Shown here: positions 26,444 to 36,155 of the stretch, piece by piece
How the letters are laid out: every line of letters begins with the position of its first letter
How positions within the stretch are numbered: position 1 is the stretch's first letter
DNA from: Bacteroidota bacterium
GTDB lineage: Bacteria; Bacteroidota; Bacteroidia; JACCXN01
Direction of reading: 5' to 3'
NCBI GenBank assembly: GCA_013696965.1
Contig: JACCXN010000035.1
Coordinates: 14,393-78,392 of the forward strand
Length of the DNA stretch: 64,000 nt
Translations under genes and position numbers: made by a program
Notes under the pieces: model-generated
What the model saw: only the letters and a program-made list of their open reading frames with translations
Database searches by the model: none
Told to the model about the DNA's origin: nothing

Positions 26444-28204
26444 ATGTACGATATAATTGAGTTGAATAGTAAACTTGTGAGTGAGCTTAGAGATATAGCA
26501 AAAAACTTAAACATTCCCAAATTCGATACCCTAAAAAAACAGGAATTGGTATATCAGATATTAGATTATCAAGCCATAAAATCCGTTAAAAAAGAAGACT
26601 TTACAGAATCAAAATCTGAAAAAAGACCAATAGAAAAGCCAAGAATTCCAAGAAAAAGTTTTGTTTCTAAAAGCACTCCAGATCACCATTCCCAGGTAAG
26701 TACAGAAACAAATGAAATTGAACGGGTTAAACCTCCTTCAGAAGTTGCCGACAATTCAGATTACAGGGATTTTGGAAATAAAGCAAAACCAGAATCTGAG
26801 AAACCTTTGGTGGAAATAGAAGCTCCATTGGAAATTGAAAGCAATAAAAATATTCCTCAAGAGATTGGTTCATCTGATGTGCAGAGAGAAAGAAAATTTC
26901 CTGAGCAAAAAAAACCGGGACAGTTTAAAAACCCGAACCAAAACCCGAACCAAAATTTAAACCTTAATCCAAACCAAAACCCTAATCCAAACCCAAACCA
27001 AAACCCAAATCCAAACCCAAACCAAAATCAAAACCAAAATCCAAACCAAAATCCAAACCAAAATCGCAGAAATGAACCTTTGTTTAATTTTGATGGGATC
27101 ATTATTAGTGAAGGAGTTCTAGAGATAATGCCGGATGGTTATGGATTTTTAAGGTCATCAGATTACAATTACCTGAATTCTCCAGATGATATTTATGTTT
27201 CCCAATCTCAAATTAAATTATTTGGTTTAAAAACCGGAGATACTGTAAAAGGAAGTGTACGCCCACCAAAAGAAGGTGAAAAATATTTTCCACTTATTAA
27301 AGTAGATAAAATAAATGGACAGGATCCTGCCATTGTGAGAGATCGTGTACCCTTTGATTACCTTACACCCTTGTTTCCAGAGCAAAGATTGCAACTGACT
27401 TCCAAAAGAAGTTCCCAGTCCATGCGCATAATGGATATGTTTACCCCTATTGGTAAAGGACAGCGTGGATTAATTGTTGCTCAACCTAAGACAGGAAAAA
27501 CGACTCTTCTGAAAGAGGTGGCTAATGCTATTGCTGAAAATCATCCTGAAGTTTATCTTATTATATTATTGATTGATGAGAGACCTGAAGAGGTTACTGA
27601 TATGGCAAGAAGCGTAAAGGCAGAAGTAATTTCTTCTACTTTTGATGAACCCGCAGAAAGGCATGTTAAGGTTGCAAACATTGTATTGGAAAAAGCAAAG
27701 AGATTGGTTGAATGTGGACATGATGTTGTTATCCTTTTGGATTCAATTACAAGGCTTGCCAGAGCTTATAACACTGTGTCTCCAGCCTCAGGAAAGGTTC
27801 TTTCGGGAGGTGTGGATGCCAATGCACTTCACAAACCAAAAAGATTTTTTGGCGCTGCAAGAAAAATTGAAAATGGAGGTTCCCTTACAATTCTTGCAAC
27901 TGCCCTTACCGATACTGGTTCAAAAATGGATGAAGTTATTTTTGAAGAGTTTAAAGGAACGGGTAATATGGAATTGCAGCTTGATCGTAAACTTTCCAAT
28001 AAGCGATTGTATCCTGCAATTGATATTAATATTTCAAGTACAAGAAGAGAAGATTTGCTTTTAGATAAGGAATCTCTTCAGAGAATTTGGGTTTTAAGAA
28101 ATCTGCTTTCTGATATGAATTCAGTTGAGGCTATGCAGTTCCTACAGGATAGAATGAGAAATACCAAGACTAATGAGGAGTTCCTAATCTCAATGAACGG
28201 ATAA
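26444..28204 (+). CDS. rho: transcription termination factor Rho with an N-terminal low-complexity insertion domain
   Basis: N-terminal Rho_N helix ([25 protein letters not shown]). OB-fold. Walker [16 protein letters not shown]. Conserved RLARAYN and C-terminal ...[29 protein letters not shown] motifs. Between Rho_N and the OB-fold lies an insertion of about 200 aa that includes NPNQ repeats. Confidence 0.95.
   Translation: MYDIIELNSKLVSELRDIAKNLNIPKFDTLKKQELVYQILDYQAIKSVKKEDFTESKSEKRPIEKPRIPRKSFVSKSTPDHHSQVSTETNEIERVKPPSEVADNSDYRDFGNKAKPESEKPLVEIEAPLEIESNKNIPQEIGSSDVQRERKFPEQKKPGQFKNPNQNPNQNLNLNPNQNPNPNPNQNPNPNPNQNQNQNPNQNPNQNRRNEPLFNFDGIIISEGVLEIMPDGYGFLRSSDYNYLNSPDDIYVSQSQIKLFGLKTGDTVKGSVRPPKEGEKYFPLIKVDKINGQDPAIVRDRVPFDYLTPLFPEQRLQLTSKRSSQSMRIMDMFTPIGKGQRGLIVAQPKTGKTTLLKEVANAIAENHPEVYLIILLIDERPEEVTDMARSVKAEVISSTFDEPAERHVKVANIVLEKAKRLVECGHDVVILLDSITRLARAYNTVSPASGKVLSGGVDANALHKPKRFFGAARKIENGGSLTILATALTDTGSKMDEVIFEEFKGTGNMELQLDRKLSNKRLYPAIDINISSTRREDLLLDKESLQRIWVLRNLLSDMNSVEAMQFLQDRMRNTKTNEEFLISMNG
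26928..27064 (+). repeat. imperfect hexanucleotide tandem repeat (AAYCCR/AAYCAA) inside rho, encoding an N/P/Q repeat tract
   Basis: The DNA aacccgaaccaaaacccgaaccaaaat...ccaaaccaaaatccaaaccaaaatcgc translates to [45 protein letters not shown]. Confidence 0.9.
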
Positions 28205-28208
28205 TATA

Positions 28209-28721
28209 GTGAGGCAACTTGTTTTTAAATATGCTTTAGCCGTTTCTGCAGCTTCAATTTCTTTAAAATTGGTAATATTTTTCACCGAAAATCAGTTCTC
28301 CAAAATGGGCGATTATTCAAGCTATTTGATTTTCTTGTTTATTCTAATTGGGGTTTATTTTGGAATGCGCAATGCCAGGACCTTAAACAGCAGCCATACT
28401 CAGAGTTTTAGGGAAAACATAAATACAGGCTGTAAAATAGCTGCAATGAATGCGCTCGTTATGGGTGTTTTTATTTATGTTTATTATAATTTTATAGATT
28501 CAGCATATTTTACCGAAAAAATAAGGAATACCCTTTCCCTTATGACGGAAAATAATTATACTAAAGAGCAAATGAAGGAATATTACCTAAATGCTCGACT
28601 GTTATTTTTTGCTGCAGATAAAGTAGCCTCTTTTACTCTTTTTGGTTATTTACTTCTTGGATGTTTTTATGCTGTTGTTTCTGGCTTTGTTTTAAGAAAG
28701 AATGCAGTTTCAGGTATTTGA
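28209..28721 (+). CDS. DUF4199-like small membrane protein
   Basis: 170 aa with four predicted TM segments. Starts 5 nt after the rho stop. The position and topology resemble the DUF4199 proteins frequently encoded next to rho in Bacteroidota. The family assignment is from memory, not a search. Confidence 0.45.
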   Translation: MRQLVFKYALAVSAASISLKLVIFFTENQFSKMGDYSSYLIFLFILIGVYFGMRNARTLNSSHTQSFRENINTGCKIAAMNALVMGVFIYVYYNFIDSAYFTEKIRNTLSLMTENNYTKEQMKEYYLNARLLFFAADKVASFTLFGYLLLGCFYAVVSGFVLRKNAVSGI

Positions 28722-28856
28722 TTTCTCAATTTTAATCCGTTAATGAAATACAATATTCAGTCAGAAAGGATAAATACGCCTTACTCAATACCTGCTTAGA
28801 ATTGATAATTCATTGTATGAATTTCAAAAAGGCAAAACACTCTAAAAAAAACAACA

Positions 28857-30818
28857 TTAGGCTTTTTCTGAGCTTTTTCCAAAAAAGTGAACAATCAGGA
28901 AGAGGATCAAAAAGCCAAAAGGGAATGTAATATAGGAGGAAACTCCCATTGCTCCGGGAATGGTTCCAAAAACCATGGCAACAGCTCCAACAGTTAAAGC
29001 ATAGGGCAATTGTGTTCTTACATGTTCAATATGGTTGCATGAGGAAGCAAGGGAACTTAAAATAGTTGTGTCTGATATAGGAGAGCTGTGATCCCCCAGA
29101 ACAGAACCAGCTAAAACTGTAGACACTACATTATAAAATATCATTAGCGTTGTTTCCTCTGAAAGACCTGTTTCCATACAAATATACCAGGTTGCAGGCA
29201 GCATGAGTGGATATAGGATTGCCATTGTACCCCAGGAAGAGCCAGTGGAAAAAGCTACCAAAGCCGCAAGAATAAAAGTGATTGCAGGAATAAAAATTGG
29301 GTTAACATCAACAGAAAGCATAATGCCGGTAATAAAATTTGCGGTGTGCATATCCTCTGTTACTAGTGCCAGAGACCAAGCAAGAACAAGTATCATTACT
29401 GCCCCAAGCATTGTTTTAAAACCCTTCATCATAGATTCCATTGTGGCATGAATATCCATAATTCTTTGTGAAAGGGTAAGTATAACAGCCGTTGCCAGCC
29501 CTGAAAGCGAGGACCACAATAATGCATGGTAGGAATTAGCATTTCCAATAATATGGGAAATTTTTCTGGCTAAACTAATGGCAGGATCATTCCAAATTTC
29601 CGTATCCCACCCTGTATATAACAGACCAGCTATTGTTCCAAATATAACAACCAAAACGGGAATAACAGCATTGTACCATTTTGCTGTTATTCCTTTTACA
29701 GGTTCAAGCGATGCAAGTTCTTCATTATCCCCTGAAAGAGTATTGTGGATACTATTTCCTGCAATTCCTCTTGCTCTTCGTTCGGCTTTTAGCATGGGGC
29801 CAAAATCTCTGGCTTTTAAAATAAGCACTAAAATAAAAAACAAAGTAAAAATAGGATAAAATGCAAACTGCAAGGAATTGATAAAAACAGAATAAGCGCT
29901 TTCATCTAATCCGTCAATTACTCCAATACTATCTTTAATGTAACCCAATTGAGCCCCAATCCAAGTAGTTACAAATGCAATAGCTGCAATAGGGGCTGCT
30001 GTAGAATCAACAATATAGCTTAATTTTTCCCGTGAAATATTTAATCTGTCTGTTACAGGCCTCATCGTATTTCCAACCACAAGTGTATTGGCATAATCAT
30101 CAAAAAATATCACGATTCCTAAAAAATAAGTTGTAATTTGTCCTGAAAGAGCGGTTTTGGCATAAACAGAAATTTTATCCACAACGCCTTGCATACCCCC
30201 ATTCTTTGAAATAACGGTTACCATGGAACCTATTATCATAGAAAAGATGATAATGGAAAGGTGATCCCAATTTTCCAATGACTTTAAAATGTAGGTGTCA
30301 AGAACGGCCAGAAATCCACTAAATATTCCGGTTATTCCATGTAAATAAAAGTGAATAATTCCAGTTCCAATAAAAATACCCAGAAATAATGAACTTATTA
30401 CTTCTCTAAAAAAAAGCGCCATCAGTATGGCCACCAGGGGTGGAAGTATTGACATCCATAATGGGATGGGAGAAACCTTTTTTTGAAAAATAAAACCTTC
30501 GGAATGAATATTAAATTCACTTTCTTCCGAAAAAGTATAGGGTAAAATTCCTAAACCTTCAATTATATTTACTTGTATTTCGGCTCCATTTACAAAAATA
30601 TTAGCCTTGCCATTAATTTGAGAATCAAATTTAATCTTGATTTCTGATTCAACACCACTTACAATTATAGTTGGAAATATTACCTCTGCTTTGGAAAAAT
30701 CAGGTTGTATTTGATTTGCAGTTTGCTGCGAGACTATTGATAAGGAATCAGCAATAGCTGATTGCAGAAAACATACATTTACGATTAAAAAAAGTAAAAG
30801 ATATAAATGGTATCTCAC
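28857..30818 (-). CDS. Na+/H+ antiporter NhaC family protein with an N-terminal periplasmic extension
   Basis: 653 aa. Signal peptide plus an N-terminal beta-rich domain of about 110 aa, then a polytopic core of about 12 TM helices with NhaC-like blocks (GMQGVVDKI, TAAPIAAIAFVTTWIGAQ). Confidence 0.8.
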   Translation of the reverse strand: MRYHLYLLLFLIVNVCFLQSAIADSLSIVSQQTANQIQPDFSKAEVIFPTIIVSGVESEIKIKFDSQINGKANIFVNGAEIQVNIIEGLGILPYTFSEESEFNIHSEGFIFQKKVSPIPLWMSILPPLVAILMALFFREVISSLFLGIFIGTGIIHFYLHGITGIFSGFLAVLDTYILKSLENWDHLSIIIFSMIIGSMVTVISKNGGMQGVVDKISVYAKTALSGQITTYFLGIVIFFDDYANTLVVGNTMRPVTDRLNISREKLSYIVDSTAAPIAAIAFVTTWIGAQLGYIKDSIGVIDGLDESAYSVFINSLQFAFYPIFTLFFILVLILKARDFGPMLKAERRARGIAGNSIHNTLSGDNEELASLEPVKGITAKWYNAVIPVLVVIFGTIAGLLYTGWDTEIWNDPAISLARKISHIIGNANSYHALLWSSLSGLATAVILTLSQRIMDIHATMESMMKGFKTMLGAVMILVLAWSLALVTEDMHTANFITGIMLSVDVNPIFIPAITFILAALVAFSTGSSWGTMAILYPLMLPATWYICMETGLSEETTLMIFYNVVSTVLAGSVLGDHSSPISDTTILSSLASSCNHIEHVRTQLPYALTVGAVAMVFGTIPGAMGVSSYITFPFGFLILFLIVHFFGKSSEKA

Positions 30819-30956
30819 CTTGGTATTGTTTTTTATTAAGAATTCCCTTAAAGAGGTTTATTTCAAGTAAAGCATTGAAATAAATCCGAACAGTGGTTAC
30901 TTAGGCGGTAAAAATAATAAAAAAGTTATGCCTTTGATGATTTAGATAGGAATTCT

Positions 30957-32150
30957 TTAATCTAATTTATTAAAGCATTCTTTTATTTTACTGTATGTTC
31001 TCTCAATATCATTGTCCAAACCAATTGACATTCTCACCAAACCTTCAGAGACTCCTGTTTCTGTTCTTTCATCCTCTGGTATTTCAGATGATGTACTACT
31101 TCCCGGAGCGCTGAATAAAGTTTTGTAAAATCCAAGACTAACGGCTAAATAACCAATTTTTTCCTCCTGCATCATTTCCATTAGCTGATATGCCCTTTTT
31201 TTAGAACCTACATCCATTAAAAGCATTCCGCTATAACCAAATTCGGTATTCATCATATTGGTTAAAAGTTCATGTTGTGGGTGTTCTGTCATTCCTGGAT
31301 AAACAACTTTTATACCTAGTGTTTTCAACCGCTCGGATAAAAATTGGGCATTTTTACTGTGTTGTTTAACTCGTATGTGAAGTGTTCTTAAATTTTTCAA
31401 GATGCTTGCTGCACGCATGCTATCCATTACAGGGCCCAATAACATTGAAGCTCCATTATTAACATCGCTCAAACTGGTAATAAATTCATTGTTTGCGCAT
31501 ATTACTCCCGCAACAGTATCGCTTGAACCGTTAATGTATTTGGTTAAACTATGTATTACAATATCAGCTCCCAAATTAACAGGAGTAACTATCATTGGAG
31601 TGAAGGTATTATCCACTACTAATTTTAGATTATGTGCCTTCGCAATTTTAGATAAGGCAGCAATATCTGCAACTTCAAGCAAAGGATTGCTCAGAGTTTC
31701 ACAATAAAGTATTTTAGTTTTTGGAGTAATGGCTTTTTTTACCTCTTCAAGATTTATAATATTTACAAAAGTGGTATGGACATTAAATTTGGGCAAAAAG
31801 TTTTTAAATAATGCATAAGTTCCCCCATATACAGTTCTTGCGCTAACTATTTCATCCCCGCTACTACATATTTGCATTACTGTACAACTAATAGCTCCCA
31901 TTCCAGAGGAAGCAACCTGAGCTGATTCTGTGTTTTCTAGAGCAGCAAGTGTATCTGAAAGATATTTATTTGTTGGGTTCCAATGTCTGGAATAAAGGTA
32001 ACATCCTTCAAGAGAAGTTTCGAAAATTTCCTCCATTTTATCTGCCTTTAAAAAAGTATAGGTAGATGAATCTTCAATTGAGGGATTTACCCCTCCAAAT
32101 TCTCCAAAATATTGATGGTCCTGAACACTGCTTGCTGGATCAAACTTCAT
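30957..32150 (-). CDS. PLP-dependent Cys/Met-metabolism enzyme, methionine gamma-lyase-like
   Basis: 397 aa. The PLP-lysine motif IHSLTKYINGSSD fits the cystathionine gamma-synthase/gamma-lyase family. A TActTTTG -7-like element sits about 25 nt upstream of the ATG. Confidence 0.75.
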   Translation of the reverse strand: MKFDPASSVQDHQYFGEFGGVNPSIEDSSTYTFLKADKMEEIFETSLEGCYLYSRHWNPTNKYLSDTLAALENTESAQVASSGMGAISCTVMQICSSGDEIVSARTVYGGTYALFKNFLPKFNVHTTFVNIINLEEVKKAITPKTKILYCETLSNPLLEVADIAALSKIAKAHNLKLVVDNTFTPMIVTPVNLGADIVIHSLTKYINGSSDTVAGVICANNEFITSLSDVNNGASMLLGPVMDSMRAASILKNLRTLHIRVKQHSKNAQFLSERLKTLGIKVVYPGMTEHPQHELLTNMMNTEFGYSGMLLMDVGSKKRAYQLMEMMQEEKIGYLAVSLGFYKTLFSAPGSSTSSEIPEDERTETGVSEGLVRMSIGLDNDIERTYSKIKECFNKLD

Positions 32151-32799
32151 AATGCTTCTGTATAAGATTAATTTGCAAAAGTACCAATTAGAATTGATTT
32201 TTGATGCTGCAAGATTATTTTATACAGAATATTTATTTTGATTTGCAAATGGGATTTACTAGATAAAGCCACCCAAAAATAGGAGAATCGGATAAGTATA
32301 TAACAAAATTATTTCTTGCATTATTTCTTAAGGATTTATCTATAGCATTTCTGCTACAATCTTTCCTCTCGGACCTTTTCTGCTAAAATATTTTTTTCAA
32401 AAAAACCTTTCTCCCAAAACCTTTTCTCATAGAATATCACCAAGAATCTTGATCAATCAATGATGATACTTTTAGCGTAATGCTTCATTAAACTTTATGC
32501 ATTTCGGTTTACCTTGAATTCGTGTTTCATATTTGATTTGAGCTTATTTTGATTTATATATACCGCTCCGTGCATCGCAATTACGCTTGATTTCGCTATA
32601 AACCACTGATATATCAACTCTGATTATTTTTGCAATAGAAGATTTTGATTCTCTTTCTTGTAACAATACCTCATTTTTACACCTTTGCTCTTGTGAAAGA
32701 TGTGACATTACAACTTTATTTTTGGCGATTTATCGGGGTAAAATAACTACTTTCCAAGAAACAGAGAGGGAAATTTTATAATTTTCCTCCTGTTTTTAT

Positions 32800-32926
32800 A
32801 TTTATTTTACCTCGCAATCTAAAAGTTGCATTTGTTAGTTGAATCTAATTATTTATTTTACCTCGCAATCTAAAAGTTGCATTTGTTAATTGAATCTAAT
32901 GTTACAATTGTTAATTGAATCTAATT
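32800..32926. repeat. 51-bp direct tandem repeat, two full copies plus a partial third, in the long intergenic region
   Basis: atttattttacctcgcaatctaaaagttgcatttgtta(g/a)ttgaatctaat occurs at 32800 and at 32851. The 3' part, ttgttaattgaatctaat, recurs a third time at 32909. Confidence 0.85.
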
Positions 32927-32943
32927 TTTAAAAAGAACGCCTG

Positions 32944-34587
32944 TCATTTTTCTTTTCTAATTTGCGCATGAATTTTTTCATAGACCATAAAACTTTCCGG
33001 GATTTTTTCCAATGAAAGGTCGGAGTTAGCAGGTCCATTGACAACTTTTCCATAACAGCTGAACCTGGAACCATGACAGGGACAATCAAAAGTTTTTTCA
33101 TCATTATTCCAATGCACAACACATTTCAGGTGCGGACAAATAGCATTGTAGGCATGAATTTCACCGAATTCGTCCTTGTAAACCGCTAATCGACTCATTC
33201 CATTTCGAATAATTGCACCTTCACCTTTCATAAGAAAGTCTTCGTTTTCAACTTTATCTCCTTTTAAAAAATCACCGTATTGTTTTATGACATTTGCATT
33301 TTCTTCAATAAACTCTTTTGTTGATTCTAAATGAATGCGAGAAGGATCGTATATTTTTGCCCAGTCGTTTTTTCTGCCATGAATAAGGTCAGTAATTAAA
33401 ATGCCGGCTATTGTTCCATGAGTCATTCCATTACCTGAGTCTCCAGTTACAATGTAAATATTTTTGCTATCCATTGGATTTCTTCCAATAAATGCCAAGT
33501 AGTCAACAGGTTCTATTACTTGCCCTGACCATTTATATATAATTTCCTCAATTGGAAATCTTTTTAAAGCCCATTTCTTAAGTCTTTGGAATCGGTCAAT
33601 TACTTGTTCCTCATCCTGCCCGGTTTTATGATCTTCACCACCTATGATTAGTAGATCATATTTATGATCATAGGACTGTAACCTAACGTAATGATATGGA
33701 TTTGTATGCCATTTTGAATTCTGCTCACCTGTATCCCACCATAATGCTTTTGGTAATGAATTTTTAGGAATTTTTGCACCTATTACATAAGTACGATAAG
33801 GAGCCTGCTTGGTGTGAATTGCCACTTTATTATTTACCGGGGAATTTGTTGCTACCACAATTTGTTTTGCCTTTACACGATAACCATGTGAAGTAACAAT
33901 ACCATTTTTATCAATTGTTTTGGCATGAGTTCCTGTAAATATCATTCCTCCAAATGAAATTATTACATCACACAATCCTTTAAGATACTTCATTGGATGG
34001 AATTGCGCCTGATCTTTAAATTTAAGACAAGGGCCTTGTTCTGTTGGTATTCCAGGAATATGGTTTATGATTTCAGTATTTATACCAGCTCTTTGCGTTG
34101 CTTCATATTCTTCAATTATGGATTCCTCCTTATCTGAGGAATGTAAAAATAAATATCCGTTAAGTCTTTCAAAATCACATGGAATTGCTTCTTCCAATAC
34201 AATTTTTTCTATCATTTCAATAGCAGCTGTATGACTTTGAGCTGCAAGCCGAGCTCCCTCATGTCCAAAAACCTTTTCAATTTCAAAATATCTGTCATCT
34301 AGGGCATTTACAATGTGTGCAGTAGTTCGTCCTGTTTCCCCACTTCCAATATAACCATCTTCAATAATAGCAACTGTTTTCCCTTCTTTAACTAACATAT
34401 ATGCAGTTGTTACACCAGCAATTCCTCCGCCAACTATTACCACATCTACACTTATGTCTTGTTGTAGTTCGGAATAACTAACTGGAACGGAAGAATTTAT
34501 CCAAAAAGTGTTGTTTTGTCCCGAAGTTATATCACCACTTGCATCAGATAAGTCAAAATTATTTTCATTGTTATTTATAATGGTCAT
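32944..34587 (-). CDS. FAD-dependent oxidoreductase fused to a C-terminal Rieske [2Fe-2S] domain
   Basis: 547 aa. The dinucleotide-binding motif VVIVGGGIAGVTTAY sits near the N-terminus. The C-terminal CPHLKCVVHW...CPCHGSRF has the Rieske CxH...CxxH ligand pattern. Confidence 0.85.
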   Translation of the reverse strand: MTIINNNENNFDLSDASGDITSGQNNTFWINSSVPVSYSELQQDISVDVVIVGGGIAGVTTAYMLVKEGKTVAIIEDGYIGSGETGRTTAHIVNALDDRYFEIEKVFGHEGARLAAQSHTAAIEMIEKIVLEEAIPCDFERLNGYLFLHSSDKEESIIEEYEATQRAGINTEIINHIPGIPTEQGPCLKFKDQAQFHPMKYLKGLCDVIISFGGMIFTGTHAKTIDKNGIVTSHGYRVKAKQIVVATNSPVNNKVAIHTKQAPYRTYVIGAKIPKNSLPKALWWDTGEQNSKWHTNPYHYVRLQSYDHKYDLLIIGGEDHKTGQDEEQVIDRFQRLKKWALKRFPIEEIIYKWSGQVIEPVDYLAFIGRNPMDSKNIYIVTGDSGNGMTHGTIAGILITDLIHGRKNDWAKIYDPSRIHLESTKEFIEENANVIKQYGDFLKGDKVENEDFLMKGEGAIIRNGMSRLAVYKDEFGEIHAYNAICPHLKCVVHWNNDEKTFDCPCHGSRFSCYGKVVNGPANSDLSLEKIPESFMVYEKIHAQIRKEK

Positions 34588-34602
34588 TGTTTTTTATAAG
34601 TG

Positions 34603-34884
34603 TTAGTGTGAGTTATTATTTTTTGAGTTATTCGGTTTGTTTGTATTGTTTTTTAAAATACTTTTAGTGGAATTAATGTTTGGGTTTCGTAAGTTGGGCT
34701 TAGGCATGTTTGGATTGTTTTTTCTTTTATTGTCCTCCCTAAAAAACAAATAAAGCGCAACTAATAAGGCTATTCCAAGTATGAAATAAATTGGCCATGT
34801 TGGTATAATTAAAAATACAACAACAACCCATGCAATTAGGATTATTATTATTAGAATCAGAAAAATTCTTCTTGCTGTTCCCAC
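34603..34884 (-). CDS. small membrane protein with two TM helices and an N/K/P-rich tail (hypothetical)
   Basis: 93 aa with two strongly hydrophobic helices, then NNPNMPKPNLRNPNINSTK. Ends 15 bp upstream of the oxidoreductase gene and is co-directional with it. Confidence 0.35.
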   Translation of the reverse strand: MGTARRIFLILIIIILIAWVVVVFLIIPTWPIYFILGIALLVALYLFFREDNKRKNNPNMPKPNLRNPNINSTKSILKNNTNKPNNSKNNNSH

Positions 34885-35079
34885 TATGTTTTTTTTGTTT
34901 TAATAGTTAATAAAATATCCTGCCAGTTTTATTGAAGTTGATAAAACAGACCATTCAGCCTCGAAATCTTGTTAAGAATGAAAATATTGAATGGGAATTT
35001 TAATGTTATTCGAATTTCTGAACTTAAAATATTGTGATTTTTTGTAGAAGGTTTTCTACAAACTGAGAAAATTCCCACT

Positions 35080-35445
35080 CTATTCCAGAAGGTTTTTTAC
35101 TGTTTTAATAAGCAATTGCGGAGAAAAAGGTTTTAACAGGCAGGCATCAGCCTGGGTAATAGTTGCTTGTAATATTTCTTTTTCCATTCCACTTAGAATA
35201 ATTACAGGAACAGGTTTTTTATACAAATGATTTTTAACGTGGTCAATTATTTCAAATCCTCCTGAGAAAGGAAGCATAATGTCTGTTATTACTAAATCAA
35301 AATCATCATCATTAAATTTATGGATGGCTTTTTTTACGGTTTGTACAGCACTTACTTTATAGTTTTCAAGTTCAAGAAAGCTTACTATTGATTGTCGAAT
35401 AAAAGGCTCATCCTCAATGACTAAAATATTTTTTATTTTCCCCAT
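35080..35445 (-). CDS. single-domain response regulator (receiver only)
   Basis: 121 aa. VIEDEP with the acidic pair. Phospho-acceptor Asp context LVITDIMLP. Conserved Lys at LLKPF. Confidence 0.85.
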   Translation of the reverse strand: MGKIKNILVIEDEPFIRQSIVSFLELENYKVSAVQTVKKAIHKFNDDDFDLVITDIMLPFSGGFEIIDHVKNHLYKKPVPVIILSGMEKEILQATITQADACLLKPFSPQLLIKTVKNLLE

Positions 35446-36131
35446 TAAATTATAATATTTACACTGGTTCCTAATATATAATGAGTGGCAGGTACATTAA
35501 TGTTTTGAATGGTGCGCAACATATAATAGACCGAAATACTGGTGTATTTATTAAATGAATAATCCATCCCTAATTTAAATCTTTGCTGAACCCATTTTGT
35601 ATCGGGAAATTCATCCATAGTATTAAAAAATTCAACTGCAGCGTATGGAGTCCATTGCTTATTTAATTCAACATTAGCCTGAATTTTATGTCTTAAAAAT
35701 TGTTGTGGAATCCTTCCATTTTCTGATGAAAACATATCCTTATAATTCATCTGGTATCTCAACCTATAACTTAATTCTATTGGCTTCCATTCATTTTTTA
35801 AAATCAAATCAGTTACTAACCTGTGTCTTGAGCTAAATGCAAAGTCTCTTTGAACATTTTGGCTGTTTCGGTAACTCATTCCTATTCTCAAATGCTTATT
35901 GAATTTATAGGCAATACCAACATCAATAAATCCTTTCTGAACTTCTGTGGCGTTGTTTCTAAGCCTTATTTCCTGCCTAATATTTATACTTGTTCCAGGG
36001 GCTATTTCTTTCTTTAATTTCAATCCAGACCAAATAAGAAAGTCTTGTGTGTTTTGACTTTTTACTTGATCTGGCCCCAACCAAAAAAACAAGAGCAAAA
36101 TGAGAATTATTACTGTTTCTTTTTTCATCAA
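35445..36131 (-). CDS. secreted beta-rich protein, DUF2490-like predicted outer-membrane protein
   Basis: 228 aa with a signal peptide. Alternating hydrophobic Y/F-rich strands (GIAYKF, IGMSYRN, LSYRLRYQMNY, GMDYSF, ISVYYML) typical of a small beta-barrel. The DUF2490 assignment is from memory. Its start overlaps the receiver gene's stop. Confidence 0.4.
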   Translation of the reverse strand: MMKKETVIILILLLFFWLGPDQVKSQNTQDFLIWSGLKLKKEIAPGTSINIRQEIRLRNNATEVQKGFIDVGIAYKFNKHLRIGMSYRNSQNVQRDFAFSSRHRLVTDLILKNEWKPIELSYRLRYQMNYKDMFSSENGRIPQQFLRHKIQANVELNKQWTPYAAVEFFNTMDEFPDTKWVQQRFKLGMDYSFNKYTSISVYYMLRTIQNINVPATHYILGTSVNIII

Positions 36132-36155
36132 TGTTTATGTTTTAAGTAACACATC

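Noticed and set aside
27642-28064. 140-aa alternative-frame ORF inside rho
   Set aside because: It is embedded in the highly conserved Rho ATPase-coding region in another frame and has no independent coding signal.
32151-32400. Possible SAM-I riboswitch ahead of the Cys/Met-metabolism PLP enzyme
   Set aside because: There are no GAGGGA/GGUGC-type core motifs on the coding (minus) strand, and the likely promoter lies only about 25 nt from the start codon. Methionine gamma-lyase-type catabolic genes are also not usual SAM-riboswitch targets.
32800-32926. Considered whether the 51-bp tandem repeats, or the 97-bp repeats at 61482-61685, are a CRISPR array
   Set aside because: Only 2-3 directly abutting copies with no unique spacers, an AT-rich unit without a typical CRISPR repeat structure, and no cas genes in the window.
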